Source: a virus. Taken from it: DNA of 43,889 nucleotides. Made by a program: the position numbers and the translations under genes. Shown here one piece after another: positions 30,786-39,842 of the stretch. Positions within the stretch are counted from its first letter, which is position 1. The number at the start of each line of letters is the position of its first letter. The notes below the pieces were generated by a model that saw nothing but the letters and a program-made list of their open reading frames with translations, did not search any database and was not told where the DNA came from. The stretch lies in IMG/VR virus record IMGVR_UViG_3300006155_000030; one strand, written 5' to 3'.

Positions 30786-30885
30786 TTTTATCGATCCAAT
30801 CCTTAGTCATTTTTTTCCACAGCTTTGGAACGTCCCCTATATGCATATCGCCGTTCAAAATCTTCAAACCATAAAATTTTCCCAT
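30760..30885 (-). CDS. small conserved-looking protein (41 aa) preceding the lysis cassette
   Basis: Hand-translated MGKFYGLKILNGDMHIGDVPKLWKKMTKDWIDKNGTMSSLS with SD AAGAGGG 9 nt upstream. It resembles the short FY..I..G...DVP..W proteins found after tail-fibre genes in clostridial phages (recalled). Confidence 0.45.
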   Translation of the reverse strand: MGKFYGLKILNGDMHIGDVPKLWKKMTKDWIDKNGTMSSLS

Positions 30886-30955
30886 TAAGCAAGCCCTCTT
30901 TCTTCAGCGAATTCGTTAATTGTTTTAAAACCTTCCTTTTGCTGTTAATAGATAT

Positions 30956-31315
30956 TTAATTATTCAGCTGTAATGCAAATAGTCTGTTATTGCCAGATGC
31001 GTTTATGGCATAAGGTTTATCACTCCTGTTTTGCGCGGTAATCACTAACGCGTTTTGCGAGGAAAGACGTACAACATCCACGCCGTTTTGCCCTAATAAG
31101 ATGGATACATAGTTGCCTGTCGTACTAAGATTGATATGGTATACAGTATCAAGGTTATAGTTTGACATCCGATATCCGATTAGGTATAGCCCTGGCTGTA
31201 AAATTACTGTCCGGCATAATTATGTTCCAGTTGTCATGTTTGCTGGCAGAGTAATTGCATTAGTAACACTGCTAATTATTAACCTACTGTTTATGATTCC
31301 TAAATTGCTGTTTAT
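30956..31315 (-). pseudogene. silent tail-fibre C-terminal cassette C (in-frame TAA)
   Basis: It begins at repeat rC and reads INSNLGIINSRLIISSVTNAITLPANMTTGT-TAA(31220-31222)-LCRTVILQPGLYLIGYRMSNYNLDTVYHINL...LQLNN-stop. The track lists only the distal 70 aa (30956..31168). Confidence 0.6.
31301..31315 (-). repeat. cassette-boundary site rC (ATAAACAGCAATTTA)
   Basis: Plus-strand text TAAATTGCTGTTTAT, identical to rB in the opposite orientation. The degenerate copy ATAAACAGTAGGTTA follows 6 nt downstream on the minus strand. Confidence 0.85.
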
Positions 31316-31524
31316 CTCTTATTATAGAATGCTTTTATCCGTATCCCCATCCCTTCATATGGCTCACCTCCTTCCAAATACTTGTTAACGCCAAATAAGC
31401 CTGCTGTCTGGCAGGCTGTTTCATGGTTCCTATTCGCAAGCACACAGTACAGAACGCCTTTCAGTTCATCCATCCTTTTCCCTGCCATTCCAAGCAGTAC
31501 TTTGCCGATAATCTGTTCTACCAT
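31312..31524 (-). CDS. hypothetical 70-aa protein inside the rB-rC spacer
   Basis: SD GGGAGGCAGTTATG with its own extended -10 (31548-31556). The stop codon lies inside rC (AAG AGA TAA ACAGC). No recognisable motif. Confidence 0.45.
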   Translation of the reverse strand: MVEQIIGKVLLGMAGKRMDELKGVLYCVLANRNHETACQTAGLFGVNKYLEGGEPYEGMGIRIKAFYNKR

Positions 31525-31547
31525 AACTGCCTCCCGTTTTTGCTCCC

Positions 31548-31556
31548 ATTATATCA
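31548..31556 (-). promoter_or_regulatory. extended -10 promoter element (TGATATAAT)
   Basis: Minus strand TTTGATATAATGGGAGC lies about 25 nt upstream of the 31524 start. No good -35 is present. Confidence 0.4.
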
Positions 31557-31581
31557 AACAGGCAGATGGGGCGTTGGTGAG

Positions 31582-31596
31582 ATAAACAGCAATTTA
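31582..31596 (+). repeat. cassette-boundary site rB (ATAAACAGCAATTTA)
   Basis: Read directly on the plus strand. Inverted relative to rA and rC. Confidence 0.85.
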
Positions 31597-31905
31597 GCGC
31601 CTGAAGTATTAACAAACGGTATTGATTTTGAAAAATATTACCGCATCGACATAGTAATAAGAGAAGAAAGAATATCATCCGCGATTTATACAGCAAGCTT
31701 TTTAGAACCATCAAAACGTCGTTCGCAATTTTTTAGCTATATAACGCACAATCTAAACTATATGTATGCTGGTATAGCTAAAATCGAATTTATGAATGAG
31801 GGAAGTATATCCGCTACCCATAGGATGGGAATTAACCTAAATACTGGTGATCCAGCTACCAACAACTATACTATCCTTGGTATAATGGGATATAAGCATA
31901 TTTAA
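31582..31905 (+). other. silent, inverted tail-fibre C-terminal cassette B (no own start)
   Basis: Open from rB to TAA 31903-31905: INSNLAPEVLTNGIDFEKYYRIDIVIREE...NNYTILGIMGYKHI (107 aa). It converges on the fibre gene stop, 13 nt away. The only upstream ATG (31423) lacks an SD and is antisense to 31312..31524. Confidence 0.6.
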
Positions 31906-31918
31906 GATATCTGCTTTT

Positions 31919-33031
31919 CTATTTATAAATAATATAGCTGAAGGATGTGTCTATTCTGGCCGGATCAGTGTTTGCAGGGAAATAAATTTCCAAAGTGCCA
32001 GTACCCGATGAATTAGCATATATTCTGGCCGAATAGCATTTCCCATTTGTGCATTGCAATGATAAATAGTTTGTAAATAATGGTTTTGGTACACCAGTTA
32101 AAACAATATCTCCGTTTTTTACATTACTGCTGGGAGAAGTTTCAAAACTAATGTAACAAATTCTTCCAATTAAATAATAGTCTGCTCCTTTGGTAAATTT
32201 TTCTCCTTTTACTGCGGATTTCTTTGTTATTTTAGTTTCGTTTGTTAAATCGCTGTTTATTTGATCAAGCCGACTTTGCAAACTGCTTTGCTCTTCTTTC
32301 AAAACCCTTCCTGCATCTGCATCCAGCGCTACTATTCCCGGTGTATCCACAAGAAAATTATTTGCAAGTTCTGCAAATGCATGTGGTTTTAAATCCTCGC
32401 AGAATTTTGATAGCTTTGCAAAAGCAATTTCTAGGTTGTCACCTGACTGGACGTTTGCGCGTTCCGTTGCTTGCTCAAATGTAATGATTGCTTTAGAAGC
32501 ATCCCCGTCCTTTCCTAACTTTTTATTTAATTCTTCCGTTATCACTTTATTCTGCACTGGATTTGTCGATGTTGTGCTTAGTTCCGAATCGATATCAAAT
32601 CCTGCAATGGAAGCTGCCCGGTCGGCCTCATCTTTTGCCCTGTCTGCTTCGCTTTTCGACTGCTCGCTCCAATATTTGCTGTTATTTGTATCTTCTCCTT
32701 CGCGGGTGTTTGTACCGCCTACAGCCCATGATTTGGATGCAACAGACCATTCTTCCGCTTGTGTTGCATGTTGCTGTGCCAATTCTTCAAATCGCTCTAC
32801 CGCAGTCTGGATATTTTGGCAAGTCGCAAGGATGGTCTGTATTTCAATCATATCCTGCTCAAACGCTTCATATGTAGCCATTCTTCTGACAATCCCCGGC
32901 GCAAAGCACATCCAGACCTTTTTAGAATCCATGGACACCGCCCATTCGCTGGCGGTCATCTGGTCTGGGTCAAAGTTTTCTTCTGCTCCTCGCCGCATCT
33001 GCATCGTTGCTTTGATTGTCTGTATTGCCAT
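31919..33031 (-). CDS. tail fibre / receptor-binding protein (BppU-like N-terminus)
   Basis: 370 aa. The N-terminus MAIQTIKATMQMRRGAEENFDP..MTASEWAVSMDSKKVW resembles baseplate-upper/fibre N-domains. A coiled middle follows. The C-terminal 113 aa start at repeat rA (INSDL). Confidence 0.7.
   Translation of the reverse strand: MAIQTIKATMQMRRGAEENFDPDQMTASEWAVSMDSKKVWMCFAPGIVRRMATYEAFEQDMIEIQTILATCQNIQTAVERFEELAQQHATQAEEWSVASKSWAVGGTNTREGEDTNNSKYWSEQSKSEADRAKDEADRAASIAGFDIDSELSTTSTNPVQNKVITEELNKKLGKDGDASKAIITFEQATERANVQSGDNLEIAFAKLSKFCEDLKPHAFAELANNFLVDTPGIVALDADAGRVLKEEQSSLQSRLDQINSDLTNETKITKKSAVKGEKFTKGADYYLIGRICYISFETSPSSNVKNGDIVLTGVPKPLFTNYLSLQCTNGKCYSARIYANSSGTGTLEIYFPANTDPARIDTSFSYIIYK
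32246..32260 (-). repeat. cassette-boundary site rA (ATAAACAGCGATTTA) inside the expressed fibre gene
   Basis: Plus-strand text TAAATCGCTGTTTAT, covering codons 258-262 (INSDL). 14/15 identical to rB and rC. Confidence 0.85.
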
Positions 33032-33231
33032 TATTCTTCACCATCCACGATATCCTGCGCAAAATCTTCCAGCTCCGCAACGCAATCCAAAGCAGCGCGG
33101 TTCACTACCACTTTGTTTGTGCGTTCATTTTCTTTTACGATGTTTCCGTTTCCATCAATTTCAGAAAACGTAATAGATAGACGTTTTCCTTCTGCTGTAG
33201 TCAATATTGTCATACTGGTTACTTTTCTCAT
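33031..33231 (-). CDS. hypothetical small tail-module protein (66 aa)
   Basis: ORF coupled by overlapping start/stop codons to both neighbours. Confidence 0.45.
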   Translation of the reverse strand: MRKVTSMTILTTAEGKRLSITFSEIDGNGNIVKENERTNKVVVNRAALDCVAELEDFAQDIVDGEE

Positions 33232-35852
33232 ATTTTTAATGCCTCCTTGTAAAAACTTTCTATGTAATTTTGTGCTTCTTTCTCATAATTGATAAATTCT
33301 TCTGGTTCTTCCTGCACAAAATTTTCCATTCTTTCTGTTTCAAATCCCAACTGCCTTGCTTTTATTTCCCATCCAAATTTAAGGAAAGGAGTTCCTTTAA
33401 CAAGGAAGTAATTCGGTTTCCTTTCCTCCACACACACATCCCCTTGCCCGTATTTTTGCAGGAATACCTGATACTGGCAGGATGTATTTATGGTTTCATA
33501 AAATATGTCATCTATGGATATGTAACATATTCCATTTTCATCTAGTGTAGCTTCCCCGATATCCCCAAAATATGGCTTGGTGGTTTCATAGCAGTATAAT
33601 AGGCGGTCGGAATAATTTTGAGTTTTTGCAAGGCGTGATTTACTTCCGTCTGCCAATAAATATCCATCCACAGATAAATTTTTAAGTTTGCAAAGCTGCG
33701 TAGTTCCATTATCTGAAAGAAACATTTGAGAGCCGATGCCTATTCTGCATCCATAATTACCTCCTCCAAACATTTTTATATCATTTCCTATGTTTAAATT
33801 TGTTTCACCATTTGCCAAATATTTTGCAATATATATTCCTCCAAATTTTATATGTGCAGTTTCCTCATCTTTAAAACTAATTTTGTTTTCTCCTACAAAA
33901 TTTATAGTATTATATTTTTCGCCGTTTCCTCCTTCAAACGCAAGAATTTCCAAAAGTTTTTGTTCGTTTTTTGTTACATAAATTCCCGAAATTCCTATTT
34001 TAATTTCTGAACTTCCATATATGTACACAGTTCCATTGAATTTGGAATCAACAGCTCCTATATTAACGTATTCTTTTGAATCACTATTAATTTTTAATCC
34101 AGTGGCAGAAATAGCTGTGAATGAATCACCAGTGGTATATCCACATCTAATAGATAACGCTGACATACCAGTTTGCCACCCTCCACTTCTTAAAATTATT
34201 CTGGAATCTTTTTCGTTGCTTGTATGAATGTTGACGATTCCCCCGGTAATATTCGCAGAATTAGTGGTAATTCCATCTTTATCAAATCTTCCTATCTCAT
34301 TTCCTTTTGCATCATAAATCACACACGAGCCATCAATATTGTTATCGCCGCCAAGGGTAAGAGTGCCGCCTTTTATCCAGTCGGCTACAATGCCAATCGC
34401 ATAAAGGATATTTACTACTGCATTTCCGTTTTTATCGAATCCGGCCGTATAGGTTTTCCCCCCGTCAGTTGATATAAAAAACCCGTCAATGGTCTGTTTG
34501 TAAATTGTTTTTGATCCTGCTAAACTTGGCTTATCATGGAGATAAGTTATAACACTTCCGTCCGGCTGTTTTTCTACCGTTGTATGGTATCCAAGGGCGT
34601 TTCCGGCAATCTGCGTCATATTCTGCACGGCCTTGTCATAAGTGGAAAGCTGTTTTTCTGTGTTTCTCCGCGCTTCCACAACTGCGGCCGCCGCTTCAGA
34701 ATAATACATGCTGCCGTTCCTGACCGGGTCTTCCGCTTCGCAGGATACTTGCGTATAAGAACCGACTGTATAGGAAACGGAATTTATTATCGAAACATAC
34801 ACATTCCCTTTCCAATCCGACACCCTTACTACTTCAAAAGGTTCGTAAAGAGGATTATTTAATATCTGCGCGGAAAAAGGCCGGAAAACCATGCCAACTA
34901 TGCGGCCGCCAAGGTAGTTTGCTACTTCCTGCTCTTTTCCTGCTGCAAAAGGATTTTTTACTTCAATCAAATATCCTTCTTCACCAAATATAGCAAAATT
35001 ATCGTCTTCGCCAATTACTTTAACTCCCGTAATCTGCACATCATCCGTATGCACGTCAAGAGATTTTACACGGAATATATGTTCCGGCATATCTGAAAAA
35101 TTGCCGCCAGAAATAATGGTGTTTGTGCTGTAATCCGTAAAATTGCCGCCGTCAAGTATGGTATCATGAGGATATGTCTTAAAATCCCCACCAACATAAT
35201 TATACTGCTCCAATAATGCGGAGTTGTACCAAATTAACTGCATATATCCGTCATTGTCTATCCGGGCGTTATATCCGGCTATCTGGCAGGCATAGGAAAC
35301 AATCTGCCGGTAAGTTCCCGATTCCGGCTTTTCCTTTACGGTAAAAGACATATTATCAAACTGCCGGAAGCCTATGGGGATGCCGCAGTCAAGGCAGGCA
35401 TCCGTGAGAATTGTCTGCAAAGTGGCCGGATATGAGGTTTTGCTGGTGGAATAGTCCTTATCCAGCAAAAACATTCCATCTACTGCATTGATTTCTATGA
35501 TTTCCCCTTTTGTAGACGGAATCGTGGCATAATACACTCCTTTGCGGATTTTTTCTATGGTTCCATCATCCATGGCCATTGCGACATAAACGCGGATTAT
35601 GGAGTTATAGAAGTCATATCTGGAGAACCGTTCATCATGGTTTGCAATCTTTATGGCCAATGTCTTCCCAACCACAAAACCTACACCAAATTTACCATCT
35701 GTGGTCTTGTCTTCTATGCTGCATCCTCCTATCATGAAATCCTTTGGTTCCAAGTGCAGGACGGTACCGTCTGACAGAGTCACGTCTGCATAATTTACGA
35801 CCGCCGCGCCGTTTTTCAGTTTTTCCTTAAATTCTTTACTTGCATTTATCAT
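33228..35852 (-). CDS. tail-associated/baseplate hub protein (Tal-like, prophage-tail endopeptidase family)
   Basis: 874 aa, third gene after the tape measure. The N-terminus MINASKEFKEKLKNGAAVVNYADVTLSDGTVLHL..FMIGG is typical of the Prophage_tail/Tal N-domain as recalled. Confidence 0.7.
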   Translation of the reverse strand: MINASKEFKEKLKNGAAVVNYADVTLSDGTVLHLEPKDFMIGGCSIEDKTTDGKFGVGFVVGKTLAIKIANHDERFSRYDFYNSIIRVYVAMAMDDGTIEKIRKGVYYATIPSTKGEIIEINAVDGMFLLDKDYSTSKTSYPATLQTILTDACLDCGIPIGFRQFDNMSFTVKEKPESGTYRQIVSYACQIAGYNARIDNDGYMQLIWYNSALLEQYNYVGGDFKTYPHDTILDGGNFTDYSTNTIISGGNFSDMPEHIFRVKSLDVHTDDVQITGVKVIGEDDNFAIFGEEGYLIEVKNPFAAGKEQEVANYLGGRIVGMVFRPFSAQILNNPLYEPFEVVRVSDWKGNVYVSIINSVSYTVGSYTQVSCEAEDPVRNGSMYYSEAAAAVVEARRNTEKQLSTYDKAVQNMTQIAGNALGYHTTVEKQPDGSVITYLHDKPSLAGSKTIYKQTIDGFFISTDGGKTYTAGFDKNGNAVVNILYAIGIVADWIKGGTLTLGGDNNIDGSCVIYDAKGNEIGRFDKDGITTNSANITGGIVNIHTSNEKDSRIILRSGGWQTGMSALSIRCGYTTGDSFTAISATGLKINSDSKEYVNIGAVDSKFNGTVYIYGSSEIKIGISGIYVTKNEQKLLEILAFEGGNGEKYNTINFVGENKISFKDEETAHIKFGGIYIAKYLANGETNLNIGNDIKMFGGGNYGCRIGIGSQMFLSDNGTTQLCKLKNLSVDGYLLADGSKSRLAKTQNYSDRLLYCYETTKPYFGDIGEATLDENGICYISIDDIFYETINTSCQYQVFLQKYGQGDVCVEERKPNYFLVKGTPFLKFGWEIKARQLGFETERMENFVQEEPEEFINYEKEAQNYIESFYKEALKI
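35199..35232 (-). promoter_or_regulatory. late-type promoter box inside the Tal-like ORF
   Basis: Minus strand TTGGTACAACTCCGCATTATTGGAGCAGTATAAT with perfect geometry and a consensus -10. Located at about codon 207 of 33228..35852. Confidence 0.45.
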
Positions 35853-36220
35853 ACTGGATTTATCCCCACTGCATTAAATGATAATGATTCCCAAACAAAA
35901 TGGCTGTTTGATACCCTTAAAGTTCCCAAGCTGTAATTTGATGTGTAAAACTGGCCCGTTTTCCAACCGCCTGTTACCGGGCTTAAATACCGCATGGTGT
36001 AGCCGCTCCTGTTTAGTATTTGGCCGATGATTTTAGCCACTTCCTCCGGCTCTATGTACCTCCATTCAAACGCATAGCTTTCTATCGTTCCCATGGGCGT
36101 GTTGTGCATTACCAAGTCTTGCGTCCTGTCCGAATCTTCCGTTGATGTCGTTGCCATGGATGGACGGAAGGCATCTGGCGTTTTGACTTTTATTCCATTA
36201 AATTCAAATGGCCTGTTCAT
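35849..36220 (-). CDS. tail component in the distal-tail-protein position
   Basis: 123-aa ORF directly after the tape measure. It is shorter than typical Dit proteins, so the call rests on position only. Confidence 0.4.
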   Translation of the reverse strand: MNRPFEFNGIKVKTPDAFRPSMATTSTEDSDRTQDLVMHNTPMGTIESYAFEWRYIEPEEVAKIIGQILNRSGYTMRYLSPVTGGWKTGQFYTSNYSLGTLRVSNSHFVWESLSFNAVGINPV

Positions 36221-36232
36221 GATACCTCCCTC

Positions 36233-39200
36233 CTATGTTGTTCCAAGCGCAAACATATTGTTTCCTGTTGCCATCTGCTGAATTTTTCCTTCTTTTACCA
36301 CTGACTCTGCAACTTGTTTTCCGTCAAGATATTGCTTTATAATGATTGTTTGCGGATTGCTATTGATCCTGTTTCCAGTTATTCCAAGTTCCGACAGCAC
36401 TTCCAAAATAGATTCCCTGTTAGCTTTTTTTATTGTATCAAGCGGAGCCTCGACATTTGTACCATGTTTCTGATCGCCCAGTACGGCCAAAAATTCTTTG
36501 TTTGCCGGTATTACCGCTCCTGTGGCCAGCTTTGGTATTGGAGTGGTTCTTAGCGAATCAAACGCCGGACTTTGATACATTGACAAAGAAGCTGGTGTGA
36601 AAGAATAACTTCTCCCGTAAGAATAAGAGCTTGTGCTTCTGGATGAAATTACCCGCGAGGTAAGGCTTCTTAAAGAATTGCCAAGCGATCCGATTGTGCT
36701 GGAAATCCATCCAAATACGGAACTTATTGTATTTTTTACCGAATCCAGCACGGAGCCGACCTTGCCCTGCATTCCTTCCCATGCCCGCGACCATATATTT
36801 TGCGCACTGGATGAAAAATTGCTGATCGCGCTTTGCATCCCGGAAAATTTATCCCGGACGCTCCCGGCCATGGACTGCGCGGAGGATACTGCCTTTTCCT
36901 TTATATTGCCCCATGCGGATGCTGTTGTTTCCTTGGCTTTCGCCCATGCATTCGCAATATTGGTTTTTACATTTTCTGCCGACTCTTTTACGTTGGATTT
37001 AATATTTGTCCATGATTCCTTTATTCCATTTTTCACATTATCAAACGTGGCCTTTGCGCCGGATTTTATATTGTTCCATTTTTCGGAAAGGTTCTGTTTG
37101 ATGCCATCCCAAACTTGCGATGCCGTCTGCTTAATGGAATTCCAGGTATTTCCAAGAAAATCCTTCACCCCATTCCAAATATTGACCGCAGTTTCTTTCA
37201 TCCCTTCCCATATGGCTTTTACATCGCCTACAAGGCTCAATATGCCGTTCAACAGGCCTTGGATGATGTATTTTCCCATTTCGGCCATGACGGTGGACGG
37301 GGAGTGGATGCCGAAAAGGGATTTGAATGCATCCATAAAAGGTTTGAATATATGGTCATGTATCCAATCTCCGATTCCGACTATAGCATCCACAATTCCC
37401 TGCATAAGTCCAAAGATTATATCTTTACCAATTTCCCATATTCCAGATACTATAGTTCTAATTCCTTCTACAAATCCTTCAACAACAGTTTGCAATCCCT
37501 TAAAAGCTAATTCCCAATCTCCAGAAAAGACTCCTGTTAAAAAATCAATAATTCCTCCTATAACCGTTATAATAGAATTTATAGCATCTGAAACATATCC
37601 TACAAATTTTACTAATTCATCCCATACAGCCTTTATAACTGGAAGGATTTTAGGAAGAACATTATCTATAATCCACGCAATAAAAGGTTGCAATATGTTT
37701 TCCCATAAAGCTTTCAACAAATCTGCAACTTTACCCAAAAGTTCAATAAAATTATCAACCATTGGCTGTATATGGGTTTTCCACAATTTGTCAAAATCTT
37801 TTGCCATTTGTTTAAGAATTGGTTGTACTTTTCCATTCCAAAAATCTAAAAATCTTTTAACTAAATCAGATAACCCATCAGCAATCGAATCAAAAAACGG
37901 TTTAAAATGTTCATCATACACTTCATTCAGTTTGTCAAACGTATCATCCACCGCATCCTTTATAGTTCCGGCCACATCTGCCAGGACTCCAAGAAACCCT
38001 TCTAAAGCTGTGCGGAACCCTTCCTTGTTTTCCACAAATGGCTGTATAAATATATTGAGAACATCCCTTATAAGTTTTGATGCAAGCTCCGTCACTCCCA
38101 TAAATGCATCCGTAAATATGCCAATAAGGTTTGCGGTAAGCCGCTGGCCATCTTCGCTTGCAAATGCTTCAAATACATATGCAAAGGACTGGAATAAGTC
38201 TGATAACAGGTAGTTTACTTCTTCCCATATGTCAAACATAGAAACAAGATGATCTTTTATCCTTTCCTTATTTTCTTCCAGGTATTTTGCAATGCCGCCT
38301 ACAATGTTAGTAGCAATCGTCAGCCCTATGCTTGCCGTAGCACCGACAAGGCTGCCCAACATATACGCGACAGATTTCACGAAACTGTCTGCGGCAGAAA
38401 TAACTTCCGGGTTCGTAAAAATATCCTTAAGACTTTCCTTTATGGATGCTATGCTGTCCTTTATGGAGTCCCACCGATACTCCCAATCGCCCAGCCCGTC
38501 AAAAAAGCCCTGTTTGAAAATCCCGGCCAACTCTTTCAATTTCCCTATTAAACCGTCGGCCGATTCGCTTACTTTATCTAGGACATTTTCACCCTCTGCG
38601 ACCTTACCATAATCTATATTTTCAATTTCACTGATATTTCCAATGTCTATCCCTGCTTCCGGTTGCTCTAAATCAGCAAGTTCTTCATTTTTACTGAATT
38701 TGTTTATTTCATCAAGAGGGCTTAAATATCCTTCTGCGGCTTTTTCCGCATCTTTGGTTGCATCGGCCACTTTTTCTGTAGATATTGCCAAATTATCTGC
38801 CGCGTCTGCCGCATCATTATATCCGTCAATGGAGTCACCTAAACCGCCTCCAGCCATTCCGGCTTTTGCCGCCACTCCGCTTCCTGCAGAAGCTTTTTTG
38901 CCTGTTATTAACTCCGTAAAAGATTTAAAGGCATTGGCAACCGTTGCAAGTTTTTCAAGCAATATATTGATAACCTTTATAGCAGGCGTAAAGATATTGA
39001 TAAGTCCCTGTCCTATGGTTGCCATTAAGCTTTCAATCTGCAATTTTAAAATTCTTGTCTGGTTTGCCCAACTGTCTGATGTACGGATAAAATCCCCGGA
39101 TGCTCCGGCAAGCTGGTCTATCACAAATTGATACCTTAAGGCGACTTTTTCCTGCTCCGTCATTTTGCTTGTAGTTTTCCCGAAACCATTGGCAAGAGCG

Positions 39201-39736
39201 TACTGGTCAAGAGCAGCTTGCGTCATGACAACGCCAAGTTCTTTCAATGTCTCTGTTTCTCCCGTAAATACGGATTTCAGCTTTATGTATGCTTCGTCTT
39301 GCGAGATGTTATAAAAAGATGCAACATCCCCTGATAATTGCGTCAGAGCAGTAGACATCTTATAGGCTTCATCCTCCGCAAAACCAAAAGATTTTGACAT
39401 GGCACCAAACGTACCGACATACCTTTTTGCCATGGTTTCCGATAAACCGGCAGATACGGCAGCGTTTTTTGCAAATTCATTCACTTTTTCTGACATGGTG
39501 GTAAATGTCACGTCCACAACATTCTGCACTTCTTCCAAATCAGAGCCTAATTCTATGGCTTCTTTTCCGAACTGAATAAGTTTTTTTACAGCAAAAACAG
39601 AAGCAAGTAGAGCGGCAGTACTTCTTGCAGCTTCGCTAATACGGCTTAAAGACCCCCTTACCGCTGATTCTCCACGCCTGATTCCATTTGTATCAATTTC
39701 TGTATTTATCCTTATGCTTCCGTCATACTGCGCCAT
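36233..39736 (-). CDS. tape measure protein
   Basis: 1167 aa, the largest ORF, downstream of the chaperone genes. It has an N-terminal TMP-type region, hydrophobic central segments, and a long run of ~11-residue W..(I/V)K periodic repeats (..AIWEGMKETAVNIWNGVKDFLGNTWNSIKQTASQVWDGIKQ..). Confidence 0.9.
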   Translation of the reverse strand: MAQYDGSIRINTEIDTNGIRRGESAVRGSLSRISEAARSTAALLASVFAVKKLIQFGKEAIELGSDLEEVQNVVDVTFTTMSEKVNEFAKNAAVSAGLSETMAKRYVGTFGAMSKSFGFAEDEAYKMSTALTQLSGDVASFYNISQDEAYIKLKSVFTGETETLKELGVVMTQAALDQYALANGFGKTTSKMTEQEKVALRYQFVIDQLAGASGDFIRTSDSWANQTRILKLQIESLMATIGQGLINIFTPAIKVINILLEKLATVANAFKSFTELITGKKASAGSGVAAKAGMAGGGLGDSIDGYNDAADAADNLAISTEKVADATKDAEKAAEGYLSPLDEINKFSKNEELADLEQPEAGIDIGNISEIENIDYGKVAEGENVLDKVSESADGLIGKLKELAGIFKQGFFDGLGDWEYRWDSIKDSIASIKESLKDIFTNPEVISAADSFVKSVAYMLGSLVGATASIGLTIATNIVGGIAKYLEENKERIKDHLVSMFDIWEEVNYLLSDLFQSFAYVFEAFASEDGQRLTANLIGIFTDAFMGVTELASKLIRDVLNIFIQPFVENKEGFRTALEGFLGVLADVAGTIKDAVDDTFDKLNEVYDEHFKPFFDSIADGLSDLVKRFLDFWNGKVQPILKQMAKDFDKLWKTHIQPMVDNFIELLGKVADLLKALWENILQPFIAWIIDNVLPKILPVIKAVWDELVKFVGYVSDAINSIITVIGGIIDFLTGVFSGDWELAFKGLQTVVEGFVEGIRTIVSGIWEIGKDIIFGLMQGIVDAIVGIGDWIHDHIFKPFMDAFKSLFGIHSPSTVMAEMGKYIIQGLLNGILSLVGDVKAIWEGMKETAVNIWNGVKDFLGNTWNSIKQTASQVWDGIKQNLSEKWNNIKSGAKATFDNVKNGIKESWTNIKSNVKESAENVKTNIANAWAKAKETTASAWGNIKEKAVSSAQSMAGSVRDKFSGMQSAISNFSSSAQNIWSRAWEGMQGKVGSVLDSVKNTISSVFGWISSTIGSLGNSLRSLTSRVISSRSTSSYSYGRSYSFTPASLSMYQSPAFDSLRTTPIPKLATGAVIPANKEFLAVLGDQKHGTNVEAPLDTIKKANRESILEVLSELGITGNRINSNPQTIIIKQYLDGKQVAESVVKEGKIQQMATGNNMFALGTT
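36432..36465 (-). promoter_or_regulatory. late-type promoter box inside the 3' end of the tape-measure ORF
   Basis: Minus strand ATGGTACAAATGTCGAGGCTCCGCTTGATACAAT with the same geometry. Located at about codon 1091 of 1167. Confidence 0.45.
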
Positions 39737-39842
39737 AAAATCACCCGTAAAATAAAAAAGTGCCAGAATAACGTCAACACGTACTTACCGGCACCGTTTA
39801 GCCGTTATCTACAACCGTTTATGCAGATCTCATATTTAATTT

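Noticed and set aside
32436-33292. 245-aa and 177-aa plus-strand ORFs
   Set aside because: They are antisense to the tail-fibre gene and its neighbours. They lack an SD and have Ser/Cys/Phe-rich junk composition.
36633-38213. 526-aa plus-strand ORF, with several shorter ones at 36314-39131
   Set aside because: It is antisense to the strongly supported tape-measure gene. The sequence is Ser/Phe/Ile/Pro low-complexity, typical of the reverse frame of a repetitive gene, and has no SD.
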